DNA of 64,000 nucleotides from an uncultured virus (IMG/VR IMGVR_UViG_3300005512_000004) (taxonomy: Duplodnaviria > Heunggongvirae > Uroviricota > Caudoviricetes), in the IMG/VR virus record IMGVR_UViG_3300005512_000004, one strand, 5' to 3'. Of this stretch, positions 39,341 to 49,474 are shown piece by piece. Under the pieces are notes generated by a model that was not told the DNA's origin, made no database searches, and saw only the letters and a program-made list of their open reading frames with translations. Both the position numbers and the translations under genes were made by a program. Positions within the stretch are counted from its first letter, which is position 1. Each line of letters starts with the position of its first letter.

Positions 39341-39416
39341 ATTCACAGCGTCCTCTCTCCCGCACCCGCCGCGGATGTGTCACGGATGCGGGCAATAGGG
39401 GCGTGAGGAGGATACT

Positions 39417-40220
39417 ATGAACGTACAAGATGTTATTGAGAAAGCCTTAGCGGGCAACGACGGCATCCCCGTTACACCCGCTGAGCACTCGGTTGCCGAG
39501 GATGCACAGGTAACCAAGCTCGCCGCCGCGTTGAACTTTATCGGGACCAATCTAGAGTCATCTGTTAGTGACTTTGAGCAAGAGAAGAGTGCCTACCTCG
39601 ATATTGTCGGCGGAACCGCCGCCGGAGGAATAGGCGCAGCGTCATCTCGCGAAAAGATGAGGCGCGCAGGCATGAGCGAGGAAGAGATTGATGACGTCCA
39701 AACCACAGGCGGCGGCGTACTCCGAGGTGCAGCGAAAACTATGCTCGGTAGTCTAGGCGGTTACCTTGTGGGCGGGAACGCAGGAGCTCTTGCGGGAACA
39801 GCGCTTGGTGGATACGCTAGTTATGCCGGAGAGATGGCAAGGGGTAGGAAAGCCCTCAAGAGAAGAGAGAACGCTCAAAATCAGCGCGAGTTAGAAGTGC
39901 GCAGGGCACAACAAAAGACCGCGTCTGTAGATGACATGCTGTACCGCGCCGCACAAGCGGGTAAGCAAGCTCTTCTTGAGAAGGTCGCGGAGGATCGTAT
40001 CAACCCTGCTAAGATCTCTGCGGGCCCGGCCGCCTCATACTCAGGTGAGATTATGCCTTCGGGCCCAGCGGTGTTCGGCGGAGGTACTATGCCTGCGCAG
40101 TTAATCGCGATGAAGGCACAGAAGGTACGCGCACGCATCAACAGCGATATGAAGCAGTTCGTGAACAATGTCGGTGACGGGTATAACCTCCAGGGTCACC
40201 TAAACAAGATGAACAAGTGA
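39417..40220 (+). CDS. Putative internal head protein with Gly-zipper cassette
   Basis: GAGGAGG SD; TKLAA, EKSAY, QKTAS, EKVAE. Confidence 0.6.
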   Translation: MNVQDVIEKALAGNDGIPVTPAEHSVAEDAQVTKLAAALNFIGTNLESSVSDFEQEKSAYLDIVGGTAAGGIGAASSREKMRRAGMSEEEIDDVQTTGGGVLRGAAKTMLGSLGGYLVGGNAGALAGTALGGYASYAGEMARGRKALKRRENAQNQRELEVRRAQQKTASVDDMLYRAAQAGKQALLEKVAEDRINPAKISAGPAASYSGEIMPSGPAVFGGGTMPAQLIAMKAQKVRARINSDMKQFVNNVGDGYNLQGHLNKMNK

Positions 40221-40227
40221 GGAACGC

Positions 40228-40578
40228 ATGAATAAGATCGCATCTATGCGCGCCGCGGGCGAGTTAATTAAGACAGCCTCCGCTGTTATGATGAGCCAAC
40301 AACGCGAGATCGAGGCGCTCCGCGCAGAGCTTGACGCGCGCGACCGCGCTAGTGAGGCCGCCGAGCTCGCCGTACGTATGGCCGACGCAGGTCACATCGA
40401 CCGTGCCGATCTCGAGGAGAAGGCTGCGGAGTTCGTACAGGACCCGAACCGTATGCCGATTATCAGCGAGGCGATTAACCTGCTAGACAATGGCGGCTTC
40501 GATATGGCATCATTATCTGACGAGCAGAGTACGGGATCCAACGCCCGCTCACAACTAGAAGCATTCTTACTCGGCTAA
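40228..40578 (+). CDS. Small scaffold-like protein
   Basis: NKIAS, IKTAS, coiled coil, amphipathic C-terminus QLEAFLLG. Confidence 0.55.
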   Translation: MNKIASMRAAGELIKTASAVMMSQQREIEALRAELDARDRASEAAELAVRMADAGHIDRADLEEKAAEFVQDPNRMPIISEAINLLDNGGFDMASLSDEQSTGSNARSQLEAFLLG

Positions 40579-40605
40579 CATAGCCACAACACATAGGAGA
40601 AACAC

Positions 40606-41199
40606 ATGGCGACTCAGACTTTCGAGTTAGTATCACCATTTCTTACTATCTACGCTCCTTCGAAGAAGTGGGCGGGCGATAGCGCTCTGCTCCTCGGTCA
40701 GACTTCAAACCGTCTTGTGACCGGCGAGCTCCTTTCATACGTAGGCGCGAACGGCGCCACACGTCCTACCATCGCGATCGGTAATGGCGTAGATAAGGAC
40801 GACAACGCCTTCGGTATCAACAAGTTCGTCGCACCCTACTTCAGCGAGACGGGCCGTGGCGATATCGTGACCGGTGGTAACGTGCCTGTACTCCAGTTCG
40901 GTCCTTTTGAGGCGGACACCATGCTCTTTATGCGTGCTGGTGACGATCAGACCGATGCTAACGGTAACGGTCTTGGCTCACTCGCAACAGGTATCGCGGG
41001 CGGTCTTGATGTAGGCGACGCTGTTGTCGCGTGTGCCGTACGTAATCCGCTCACAGGTAACTTCAACAGCAGCGACTACGTCGTAGGTGTCGGTCCATCT
41101 TCTCTTGTAAGCAACCCCGGCCCTGTCATCGGTCGTATCTCTCGTGTCATCGGGTCTGGCGCAAGCCAAAAGATCCGCGTGATGTTCGGCGTTAACTAA
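40606..41199 (+). CDS. Putative capsid decoration/stabilising protein
   Basis: Gly-rich beta protein directly upstream of the capsid gene; strong SD. Confidence 0.5.
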   Translation: MATQTFELVSPFLTIYAPSKKWAGDSALLLGQTSNRLVTGELLSYVGANGATRPTIAIGNGVDKDDNAFGINKFVAPYFSETGRGDIVTGGNVPVLQFGPFEADTMLFMRAGDDQTDANGNGLGSLATGIAGGLDVGDAVVACAVRNPLTGNFNSSDYVVGVGPSSLVSNPGPVIGRISRVIGSGASQKIRVMFGVN

Positions 41200-41213
41200 G
41201 AAAGGGACGATCC

Positions 41214-42362
41214 ATGTCATATTCAGCAGAGATGGTAAACAGTTTATTTGTCGAGAAGCTCGGTACCGAGGAGGGTCGTCAGAAGATCGCCGCTTACGGT
41301 GGCGGTGTCATTCGTGACCACCTCCGCGAGGTTAGCTTTGCGCGCAAGGTGCTTCCTCCTATGCCCGTCACTCCCGCAGAGTGCCAGGTGAGCACTGAGC
41401 ACGACGGCCTCGTGAAGATCGAGGAGCTCGAGCCCGAATCACGCGCGATGGTCGTCGACTTCCGCGGCTCAAGCCGCGCTCGCTACATCCGCGCGCCCCG
41501 CGTCGCGGTTAGCTTCTTCACCATCGAGTCCGAGCACTTCGAGAAGACCGAGCAGGAGCTGCTCGCGTACAAGATGCCGATCACCAAGATGATCGAGGAG
41601 CAGTCCGCGAACAACCTCCAGGAGATCGAGGATCGTCAGTTCCTCATCTACGCTGAGGCGGGCATCCAGCAAGTGCAGAAGGACGCGAACACCACGCACG
41701 CGTCTCACGGCAAGTTCAACGCTTCTGAGATCAACGCGAGTAACGTCGCATACGGTCCCGACCAAAATGCTTCTGTGATGAAGGGCCAACTCGCTCTTAC
41801 CGCGGGCGCTGACGACTTTGTGGTGCGTCCTGTTAACCGCCCCGACTTCGTTAACTTCTTCAAGATGATGGCAGGCCCTGATCGTCGTCTCCGTCTCGAC
41901 CTCGTCCTCCTCACCGAGCCTGACTACGACGACATCCTTCAGTGGACCGTCGAGGACATGGGTGATCGTATCCAGAGCGAGACCGTTGTTGACGGCTACA
42001 AGTACAACACTCTCTTGGGTCGTCGCTTTATCCGCACCATCAAGACGGACATTCTCCGTCGCGGTAACATCTACGGCTTCGCGGCACCTCAGTTCCTCGG
42101 CTGCTTCTACGTGCTCAACAACACCAAGTTCTACGTCGACAAGGTCGGCAACAAGATCACCTTCTGGTGTTGGGAGGACATCGGTATGGCGTTCTTGAAC
42201 CTCAACTCGTTGATCAAGATGGAGCTCTACTCGGGCTCAGTCACTCCGGGCTTCGAGGATGCTGGTCATACGATTCGTCTCCCCGCGGACGAGGAGGACT
42301 TGGGCCGTGCACGTAACCGTGCGGATGACGGCTTCCAGAGCCCCATCGTGACTCAGTTCTAA
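41214..42362 (+). CDS. Major capsid protein (HK97-type)
   Basis: 382 aa; strongest C/G-ending codon bias in the window; position after protease, scaffold and decoration genes; IRDHLREVSFARKVLP, LQEIEDRQF. Confidence 0.75.
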   Translation: MSYSAEMVNSLFVEKLGTEEGRQKIAAYGGGVIRDHLREVSFARKVLPPMPVTPAECQVSTEHDGLVKIEELEPESRAMVVDFRGSSRARYIRAPRVAVSFFTIESEHFEKTEQELLAYKMPITKMIEEQSANNLQEIEDRQFLIYAEAGIQQVQKDANTTHASHGKFNASEINASNVAYGPDQNASVMKGQLALTAGADDFVVRPVNRPDFVNFFKMMAGPDRRLRLDLVLLTEPDYDDILQWTVEDMGDRIQSETVVDGYKYNTLLGRRFIRTIKTDILRRGNIYGFAAPQFLGCFYVLNNTKFYVDKVGNKITFWCWEDIGMAFLNLNSLIKMELYSGSVTPGFEDAGHTIRLPADEEDLGRARNRADDGFQSPIVTQF

Positions 42363-42389
42363 GAGGTTTGCACATAGCGACCTAGTGTT

Positions 42390-42468
42390 GTACCCTTGTA
42401 GGTAATCAGAAACCTATAAGGGTGCGAAAGCGTTAAAGCCTTCGGACCCTCGTTCGGAGGCTTTAATG
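42390..42468 (+). promoter_or_regulatory. Tandem RNA hairpins after the capsid gene; the second sequesters the SD and ATG of the next gene
   Basis: Stem 1: 42390-42403 with 42412-42425; stem 2: 42431-42446 with 42453-42468, including GGAGG and ATG. Confidence 0.7.
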
Positions 42469-42921
42469 TTTCGTATTACCGGGAAGAGCGGGTCTATCCG
42501 CGCTGTCAATAATCGCACAGGTAGCCGCACACGTCGCTTACCCAGTTTAGTCTTGGGTAGTGGTGCTGTGATTAAGGTACACCCAAATAGGCAGGTGCTT
42601 GTTGCCGAGCAAGACCTGCTCGCGAATCTGGAGCGTCTCTCGGACGTACAAGATTTAATCTCGATACGTGAGGCGACACCCCCATTCTCTGAGGTGAACG
42701 TAGCGGATTTCGTCACACCAGTTATCGCTGCGAGCACTGAGCCCGTGATTGAGCCCGTGATTGAGCCCGTGATTGAGCCCGTGATTGAGCCCGTGATTGA
42801 GCCCGTGATTGAGCCCGAGCCTGAGCCTGAGCCCGAGCCCGAGCTTGAGCCTGAGCTCGACGAGAGCGAGTCTAAGCCGAAGAAGCGTGGACGCAAGCCT
42901 AAGAAGCGCAGCGGGGACTAA
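42466..42921 (+). CDS. Hypothetical protein with EPVI/EP repeats and basic tail
   Basis: GGAGG SD; C-terminal KPKKRGRKPKK. Confidence 0.65.
   Translation: MFRITGKSGSIRAVNNRTGSRTRRLPSLVLGSGAVIKVHPNRQVLVAEQDLLANLERLSDVQDLISIREATPPFSEVNVADFVTPVIAASTEPVIEPVIEPVIEPVIEPVIEPVIEPEPEPEPEPELEPELDESESKPKKRGRKPKKRSGD
42739..42858 (+). repeat. 12-bp tandem repeat GAGCCCGTGATT x6 followed by GAGCYY x8
   Basis: Seen directly; encodes (EPVI)6 then EP/EL dipeptides. Confidence 0.95.
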
Positions 42922-42923
42922 CC

Positions 42924-43403
42924 ATGCGGCAAGATCTAGCGGCATTCGTAGCTGAGGTGCGAATGTACCTGCGAGACTACCCGGAGCTCAATCGCCTCAT
43001 TGATGGCGAAGAGACGAGTGATCGCATGATCGCGTGGGCGGTTATCGATACGCTAGACGACATCAATAACCGCCCTCCCTTTGTTGGGTCATTCACGGTA
43101 TCCACTTTTCCGTACAGAAGCCTGTTGTTACGTGGCACGGTTATCACCGTACTTGAGTCCGTAGGCATACTACAGACACGAAATCAGCTGCAGTACAGCG
43201 ACGGTGGCATCAGCGTAGGCGCTTCCGATAAAGCGCCGATGCTCATGCAGTGGGTACAGATGCTCTCGACTTCCTATGAACAGAAACTAGATAAATGGAA
43301 GATTAGTCGAAACATCACCGAAGCGTTCAATGGTGAATCTGTTATGTCAGATTACTATTTCTTGGGTGGCTACTACGACGTCTTCGATAGGGTGTACAGA
43401 TAA
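42924..43403 (+). CDS. Putative head-tail adaptor (neck) protein
   Basis: Helical 159 aa after the capsid gene; EVRMYLRD, YSDGGISV pattern. Confidence 0.55.
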   Translation: MRQDLAAFVAEVRMYLRDYPELNRLIDGEETSDRMIAWAVIDTLDDINNRPPFVGSFTVSTFPYRSLLLRGTVITVLESVGILQTRNQLQYSDGGISVGASDKAPMLMQWVQMLSTSYEQKLDKWKISRNITEAFNGESVMSDYYFLGGYYDVFDRVYR

Positions 43404-43798
43404 TGGCGTTCCTTAAAAGAAACAACTCCGATGACCTCCTCTTCCCTATGGATGAGTCCGGCCAGCTTCGCTATAACCGTATGCGTGTCCTTATGCTCAG
43501 CGGCGCTAACGCGGCAAGCCGCATGGCGCAGTTTATCCGCGAGTATACAAACAAGGACGGCACGCAGGGGCTCCCGCCTAACCACATCGGCGCGACCTCT
43601 CCTTATATCGATGGAGGTAATATGTTCTATATTTATTTCCAAGATAACGCCGAGGACCCACATAACGCTGCAAACTTCCCTACGGCAGAAGGGATTACGC
43701 ACGCTGATGCAGAGGCCATTCGTGCCGACGCAATCGCGGCAAACAATACGCTGATCGCCAAGCTTCAAGGGAGCGACACGGGATGGAGGACTAACTGA
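43403..43798 (+). CDS. Hypothetical virion protein
   Basis: TAATG coupling. Confidence 0.55.
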   Translation: MAFLKRNNSDDLLFPMDESGQLRYNRMRVLMLSGANAASRMAQFIREYTNKDGTQGLPPNHIGATSPYIDGGNMFYIYFQDNAEDPHNAANFPTAEGITHADAEAIRADAIAANNTLIAKLQGSDTGWRTN

Positions 43799-44277
43799 TG
43801 AGTAAGCAGTGGAACTTCTTATTCGATGAGGGCGAGAACATGAACGCCTTACGTCACCGCCGTATGGAGAAAACAGCGGGCGTGTTTATGCGCCCTTCTG
43901 ACATCGCAGACCACACAGAGCTCGCGACTTCTCTAGAGGGGTTACTTAACGGACAGCCTGGCGGTCGTACTTTTAAAGATCACCCCGGTGAGCAAAAAAC
44001 TGCCGGCGCGGTCGATGCAGCGATAGGCGCCGCGATCGGTGGCAGCGCGGGATACTTTGCGGCACGTAAGGTGAACCCTGTCCCGCCCCCGGAAGGCACA
44101 AAAGGGTTCGCGAACACTGTGCAAAAAGTACGGCATGACGTATATACCTTCTCAGAGGAGCACCCAACCGCATCTAAGGCAGTAGGGGCCATAGCAGGGG
44201 CGGCTGCGGGCGCTTACGCGGCAAAAGATGCGAATATCGTCGCGCGTCTGCGTAGATTTAAGCGCGGAGCTCCCTGA
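43798..44277 (+). CDS. Gly-zipper protein with MEKTAG/QKTAG motifs
   Basis: Two GxxxG hydrophobic segments after QKTAG. Confidence 0.55.
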   Translation: MSKQWNFLFDEGENMNALRHRRMEKTAGVFMRPSDIADHTELATSLEGLLNGQPGGRTFKDHPGEQKTAGAVDAAIGAAIGGSAGYFAARKVNPVPPPEGTKGFANTVQKVRHDVYTFSEEHPTASKAVGAIAGAAAGAYAAKDANIVARLRRFKRGAP

Positions 44278-45071
44278 TGAGCATCAAGGTCACACTCCGC
44301 AGTACGTCAGCACGGCACATTGACGTATACTGGGAGACGCCTTTTAGCGCCGACACGCAGTACCGTGTCTTGCGCGGAGAGGCATACAGTGGCCCCTTCG
44401 ATCCCGTGACAAGTGAGCTCGTGGATGTATATCATATACGTGACGCGCTCGCGCCTAGAAAGATGGCGTGGCGCACACTGTACTATGTCATAGAGGCGAC
44501 CCACGCCGACGGTACACGCGTACTCTCAGACCCTACATCTCTCGCTGCGAGACCTCCGTTAGACGCTTTGGAGATGATACGCCTTAATAGTTTACTGTTT
44601 AAGGAGTACACTGGGAGGCCGTGCATTATCTACGGACGACGCACGTTTGGTAAGAAGTGTGCGGTCTGTGTAGACAGCGTGACGGGTGTACAGCTTACCA
44701 ATAACTGCACCAGCTGTTACGGTGTAGGGTTTGCGCGTGGCTACCATAATCCGATGTACGCTTACGTCAACATCGGCGCTGACGTAAAGAGCATCACGCC
44801 CGGCGAGCAGCTCATCACAGCGCAGAACACCGTACAGGGTCGTATGAGCGTGTACCCTCTTGTGAAGCCGGGTGACCTACTCGTAGAAGAAGAGGGCACA
44901 CGCTGGCGTGTACAGAACGTATCTCATACAGAGAGGTTACGCGCACCCGTACAGCAAATACTTTCGCTCTTTAGAGTTCCCGAAGGTGACATCGAGTATC
45001 AACTCCCTGTACAATGGAACTACGATCTCGGGACATCTCCGAGGTCGTTCAGCACGAGGAGTGACGTATGA
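44277..45071 (+). CDS. Putative neck/head-closure protein with Ig/FN3-like N-terminus and Zn finger
   Basis: VYW..P...YRVLR...YYVIEA; CAVC...CTSCYG; VKPGDLLVE...RWRV. Confidence 0.5.
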   Translation: MSIKVTLRSTSARHIDVYWETPFSADTQYRVLRGEAYSGPFDPVTSELVDVYHIRDALAPRKMAWRTLYYVIEATHADGTRVLSDPTSLAARPPLDALEMIRLNSLLFKEYTGRPCIIYGRRTFGKKCAVCVDSVTGVQLTNNCTSCYGVGFARGYHNPMYAYVNIGADVKSITPGEQLITAQNTVQGRMSVYPLVKPGDLLVEEEGTRWRVQNVSHTERLRAPVQQILSLFRVPEGDIEYQLPVQWNYDLGTSPRSFSTRSDV

Positions 45072-45382
45072 GATACTCGGACTACATAGAGGGTTTAAAG
45101 GACGCGCCCCGCGAGGACCACTTCCTTAAGCTCGCAGAGAAAAAGTCTAAGCGTAGCTTAGCTAAAGACATTGCGTTAGTAGGTGGCGGTACCGCGCTCG
45201 GAGCAGGGCTCGGTTATGGCACGGCCGCCTTGTTAGAGAAGCGCTACGGTAAGACCTTTAAAGGCATGTCTCCGCAGAAACGCCTTAATATCGCTGTACC
45301 TGCCGCGGCGGGTGTAGGCGGCCTGCTCGCGCTCTCTCACGTGTTACGTCAACGAGCTGATAAGCGCTCTGAGGACAAGTAA
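45068..45382 (+). CDS. Small two-hydrophobic-segment Gly-zipper protein
   Basis: LKLAE then GGGTALGAGLGYG. Confidence 0.55.
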   Translation: MRYSDYIEGLKDAPREDHFLKLAEKKSKRSLAKDIALVGGGTALGAGLGYGTAALLEKRYGKTFKGMSPQKRLNIAVPAAAGVGGLLALSHVLRQRADKRSEDK

Positions 45383-46017
45383 TGTCCGTCGGCGACATCG
45401 ACGCGCGCGGAGTGGAGTACGACCCTCTGCACGATCCGACGTATCAAGCGGTGCGTACGATGATCGGGTTCTGTCAGGGCATCTTTAAAGCTCTGCCTAA
45501 CGCGCGATACCGATGGTCTCCTGATGACGAGAATACGCAGATTCTCATTACAGGCGCTTACCCTCTCAAAGCAGAGACGATCAATAGACGTCCCGCTATT
45601 GTTGTTGGGCATTCACAGACTCAGATTATGAATACGTCTATGGGGAGCTTCGAGACTCAGAGGTTCGAGACAGGCAACAACGTATACAGAGACCTCATCG
45701 CTACGACCATCGTATTTAACTGCGTCGCTACGACCGGACACGAGGCGTCGTCGCTTGCATGGTTTGTCGCATCCAACCTACGCGCCTTACGTCCGTTGAT
45801 ACAACGCATGGGCCCGTTTACACAAATGGGGCAAGAGGTGAGCATTGGGGTAGAGTCGCCTCCAGGCGCGCTTCTACAGGACAGCACTGATACGGCAGCG
45901 ATCGCGGTGCCCGTTATGGCGCAGACGTACATCCCGCATCGATGGGAAGTACTCAACCCTGCTTATCAGGTTGACGCAATAAGGCTGTCAGCAGATACTA
46001 TACAGAATAAATCTTAA
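45382..46017 (+). CDS. Putative tail completion/terminator protein
   Basis: Position just before the sheath; RPAIVV motif. Confidence 0.5.
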   Translation: MSVGDIDARGVEYDPLHDPTYQAVRTMIGFCQGIFKALPNARYRWSPDDENTQILITGAYPLKAETINRRPAIVVGHSQTQIMNTSMGSFETQRFETGNNVYRDLIATTIVFNCVATTGHEASSLAWFVASNLRALRPLIQRMGPFTQMGQEVSIGVESPPGALLQDSTDTAAIAVPVMAQTYIPHRWEVLNPAYQVDAIRLSADTIQNKS

Positions 46018-46037
46018 CACGGCACCAGGAGACCGAG

Positions 46038-49000
46038 ATGGTAGATCAGATCCGCAAGCCCGGAGTAAATATTACACAGGTAATCGGCGGTACCCCGCCT
46101 ACGCCCGTGACCGCAACACTTGTACCTTGCATTGTCGGGCCTGCCTTCGAGGTCGTTGAGCTTACGGGCGACGACGGCACCGCAAGCGTAGAGTCGCAGG
46201 TTCAGACTGCACAGGGGCCTCTCCTTTATCGACAGCTCCCCATTCACCTCGATGTTTCAGACTACCCCGCACCTCGCGCTGACGCCAATCAAATGAGCGT
46301 ACTCGTGCCCGAGGTACAGGTCGCTCTACAACGTACAGGCGAGTTCAACATCCTCGACCGTTCCCCCGGTACCGCCTTCTTGAAGGGCGCGAATGAGGCT
46401 ACGCGTCCTGGTATCTGGATCTCCACCGCACAACTCGAGCAGAGTCGCGCAGCTACGTTCATCGTGCTCGTAGACACCGACATCAACAATAACGCTGCGA
46501 GCTTTGTCGTTAATAACAACGCGGCCAGCGTGGAGGACTTGCTCGAGAACATCACGTCTACCGTGACGGGTACAGGTTACTTCGCGCATACGCTCGACGG
46601 CGTGCCAGGCTTTGTACTTCACAGCACACGCTATGGAGCCACAGCGTCTATCAGCCTCGTGTCGGTGAGCGGGGGTGCGACGTCAAACGCGTTCTTCGAT
46701 GCGGCTGGCCTCGCTGCTCTGCAGTACGGCGGGAATAATATTACAAAGATCCGCTGCGAGGGCGGCGGGTTCTACGCAGAAGATAACGTAAACCCAACAA
46801 TCCTCACCTCGCCGATCGTACGCTTTACTCCCGGTAAGGGTGTTGTCGTCGTGGACGGCAATGTCTCAGACACGTTGGACGTTGGAGAGAACTCACTGAT
46901 CGGCGGTAAGGCCTTTGTGACCGTACAGGTTGATATGCACGGTAACGTGGATGCTTCGTTCCCTAGTGGTACATTCGACTTCATTAACGATCTTCCACTC
47001 CGCGCAGCGACACCTCGAAGCATGGGTGACACGTTTACCGCAGGCGGTCCCATCGGGCAGTCAATCTCACGCGTCATGGTCACTGAGGTACAGAACGACT
47101 ACATCAAGCTCGGCGTCGTAAACAGCTCACGAAGCATCTTCGACGCTGAAGGCAACCCCACACGTCTGGTGTTCTCTGACTTCCAGCTCGGCACCCTCAA
47201 GAACCCTGTCCCGTTCGCGCCCAAGAACGCTTACTTTATCGCGCACAGCTTGACAGAGTTTAGCCCCGAGACACCACAAGGTACCGCGCTCCCCGCGACC
47301 CTCGAAGGGGATCCCGTCAGCGCGTCACTCGCGACCGCTCCGCAAGTCATCTTGACTGGGTGGGATGAGACGGATGCTAACCAAGTAGCGAGCACAAACA
47401 CGCTCGCGTTCCAGCTCGCGCTTACAATCAATGGCGTAACCGAGACTATGCGCGTGCCCTTTATCAATGACGACGCCGCGGCTAATATCGCGTTGTGGGC
47501 GGGTAACGTGTTCGACGGTAAGATCGTGGCTTCGTATGCAGGGACCACGTTCACCTTCGAGTCTGTCGTCAAGGGCGCGGATGTACACCTCGCCCTCGAA
47601 GACATAGACACGGGGCTCACGGTCGCCGTGGAGGATGACTTCGGCACAGACGACGAGATTGTGGGTCTCGCAGGGGATACGCTGACGTTCTTCCTTAACG
47701 ACGGGCCTACCGAGTACTCCTTTACCGCAGCGAGCACCTCTATCCCACTCTTCGTCAATATGGTGAACGACAAGATGGGCTATGAGGCGCTTACCTATAG
47801 TACGGATAGTGCCGTAAACGAGGCTACGTTTACTCTCACGTCGTACCTGCTTGGCGTAGCGAGTAAGGTGTCTCCGCTAACTACGTCCACTGGGGCAGTT
47901 ACCTTGGGGCTCAATGGGATTCCTGTCGTCGGCTCAGGGCGTCCTAACCCCGACGTGTGGGTGCGTCGAGACGGTAGCGTTGTGATCAGCGGCGATATCA
48001 TGCGTAACACGATCACAGGCACGCCTGTGGCCGCGTCTACCTCTGCGCGCGTCCACCTCGCTTACCGAGCTCTGCGTCTCGACCTTACGCCCTCAGCAAG
48101 CGCCCCCGGGATCATTCGAGTCTCTTCGGTAGATACTCTCGCGGAAGTCTTCGGGCCGATCTCACCGCGCAACCCCTTCGCGCTCGCGATCTACTACGCT
48201 CTCTTGAACACGGGCGACGGTATCGAGATCAATGCAATTGGCGTTGATGATGTGTCCGAGGCCGAGCCTGATGGTACGGTACTCGCCTACGCATCTGCTG
48301 CAGAGTTCTTACGCTCTTATGAGGTCTACTCGATCGTGCCTCTTACACATAACGAGAACGTCATCGCGCTGTTTGACAATCACGTCAAGGATATGAGCGC
48401 GCCAGATCTTCGCGCAGAGCGTACCGTGATCACGGCGCCCGCTAACCCGACACGTCATAACGACACTGTCGTGCTCTCCACAGGGGAGAGCGGCGCTGAG
48501 TCTACAGGGATCGACAACCAAGTAGATCTAAACGACAGCCCAGAGGCCGTACTGAATAGCCTCGGTGTTGATACAAGTGCGGAGATCCCCTTCCAACTCG
48601 CGGATCTCACGCAGCTCTACGTACATATCACTATTGGTGACGCGTCCTACAAGTACAGCGTGAGCCATGTTTCTGGCGGTCGTGTGACGATTCGCACAAT
48701 GTACACGTCTGCTCAGAACAGCGATGGCTTCTATAGTACCAACGCGCTCCCTAGCGAGTTCGTAAACGCAGAGTTTAGCCTCGCGCTGCGCGGTGCCCCT
48801 CTCACGATCGCGAGCACGGGTCTCCTCGACAAGACCGCCTACGCTGAGACAGTCCGAGAGGCAGCACAGCAGTATCTTAACCGTCGCCAAATCCGCCTGT
48901 ACCCCGACACCGTACAGTCCGACGCCATCGGCGGCATCAATCAACGCATCCCGAGTTACTACTTCGCTGCGGCCCTCGCAGGTATGGTCGGTAACATCGA

Positions 49001-49463
49001 TGCACAAGAACCATTGACACGTGTGCCAATGGTCGGCTTCAACGACTCAATCGGGCCAGCGCTTACGCGTACTCAGCTCAATACGATCTCCGCGGGTAAC
49101 GCTGTTATCGAGCCAGAGTCTGAAGGCGCGAATCCCTCTCTCCGTATGCAGGGTAGCACCGACCCCTCTACGATCGAGAGCCGTGAGTGGAGCGTAACAC
49201 GCGCGGTAGACGCGTTCTCTAAGACGCTCCGTACGCAGCTCAAGTCTAGGATCGGACGCTTTAACATTACGCAAGCGTATATCGATGAGCTCTCCATGCT
49301 CGTCGACAGCATGTGTAAGGCGTCCGTGGATCAAGGACAGTTCCGTGGGGCTGACGTTCTTAAGCTCGAGCAAGACGTGACACAGCCCGATACCATTCTT
49401 GTAGAGATCCAGCTCGAGGTTCTCTACCCAGCTAACTACATCAACGTCACCCTGGTTGTCTAA
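46038..49463 (+). CDS. Contractile tail sheath protein (large, with inserted domains)
   Basis: N-terminal KPGVNITQ; C-terminal sheath domain (SVTRAVD...IGRFNI...DTILVEIQLEVLYPANYINVTL). Confidence 0.88.
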   Translation: MVDQIRKPGVNITQVIGGTPPTPVTATLVPCIVGPAFEVVELTGDDGTASVESQVQTAQGPLLYRQLPIHLDVSDYPAPRADANQMSVLVPEVQVALQRTGEFNILDRSPGTAFLKGANEATRPGIWISTAQLEQSRAATFIVLVDTDINNNAASFVVNNNAASVEDLLENITSTVTGTGYFAHTLDGVPGFVLHSTRYGATASISLVSVSGGATSNAFFDAAGLAALQYGGNNITKIRCEGGGFYAEDNVNPTILTSPIVRFTPGKGVVVVDGNVSDTLDVGENSLIGGKAFVTVQVDMHGNVDASFPSGTFDFINDLPLRAATPRSMGDTFTAGGPIGQSISRVMVTEVQNDYIKLGVVNSSRSIFDAEGNPTRLVFSDFQLGTLKNPVPFAPKNAYFIAHSLTEFSPETPQGTALPATLEGDPVSASLATAPQVILTGWDETDANQVASTNTLAFQLALTINGVTETMRVPFINDDAAANIALWAGNVFDGKIVASYAGTTFTFESVVKGADVHLALEDIDTGLTVAVEDDFGTDDEIVGLAGDTLTFFLNDGPTEYSFTAASTSIPLFVNMVNDKMGYEALTYSTDSAVNEATFTLTSYLLGVASKVSPLTTSTGAVTLGLNGIPVVGSGRPNPDVWVRRDGSVVISGDIMRNTITGTPVAASTSARVHLAYRALRLDLTPSASAPGIIRVSSVDTLAEVFGPISPRNPFALAIYYALLNTGDGIEINAIGVDDVSEAEPDGTVLAYASAAEFLRSYEVYSIVPLTHNENVIALFDNHVKDMSAPDLRAERTVITAPANPTRHNDTVVLSTGESGAESTGIDNQVDLNDSPEAVLNSLGVDTSAEIPFQLADLTQLYVHITIGDASYKYSVSHVSGGRVTIRTMYTSAQNSDGFYSTNALPSEFVNAEFSLALRGAPLTIASTGLLDKTAYAETVREAAQQYLNRRQIRLYPDTVQSDAIGGINQRIPSYYFAAALAGMVGNIDAQEPLTRVPMVGFNDSIGPALTRTQLNTISAGNAVIEPESEGANPSLRMQGSTDPSTIESREWSVTRAVDAFSKTLRTQLKSRIGRFNITQAYIDELSMLVDSMCKASVDQGQFRGADVLKLEQDVTQPDTILVEIQLEVLYPANYINVTLVV

Positions 49464-49474
49464 GGAGATACCAC

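Noticed and set aside
42739..42858. Tandem repeat as a CRISPR array
   Set aside because: No spacers; in-frame coding repeat
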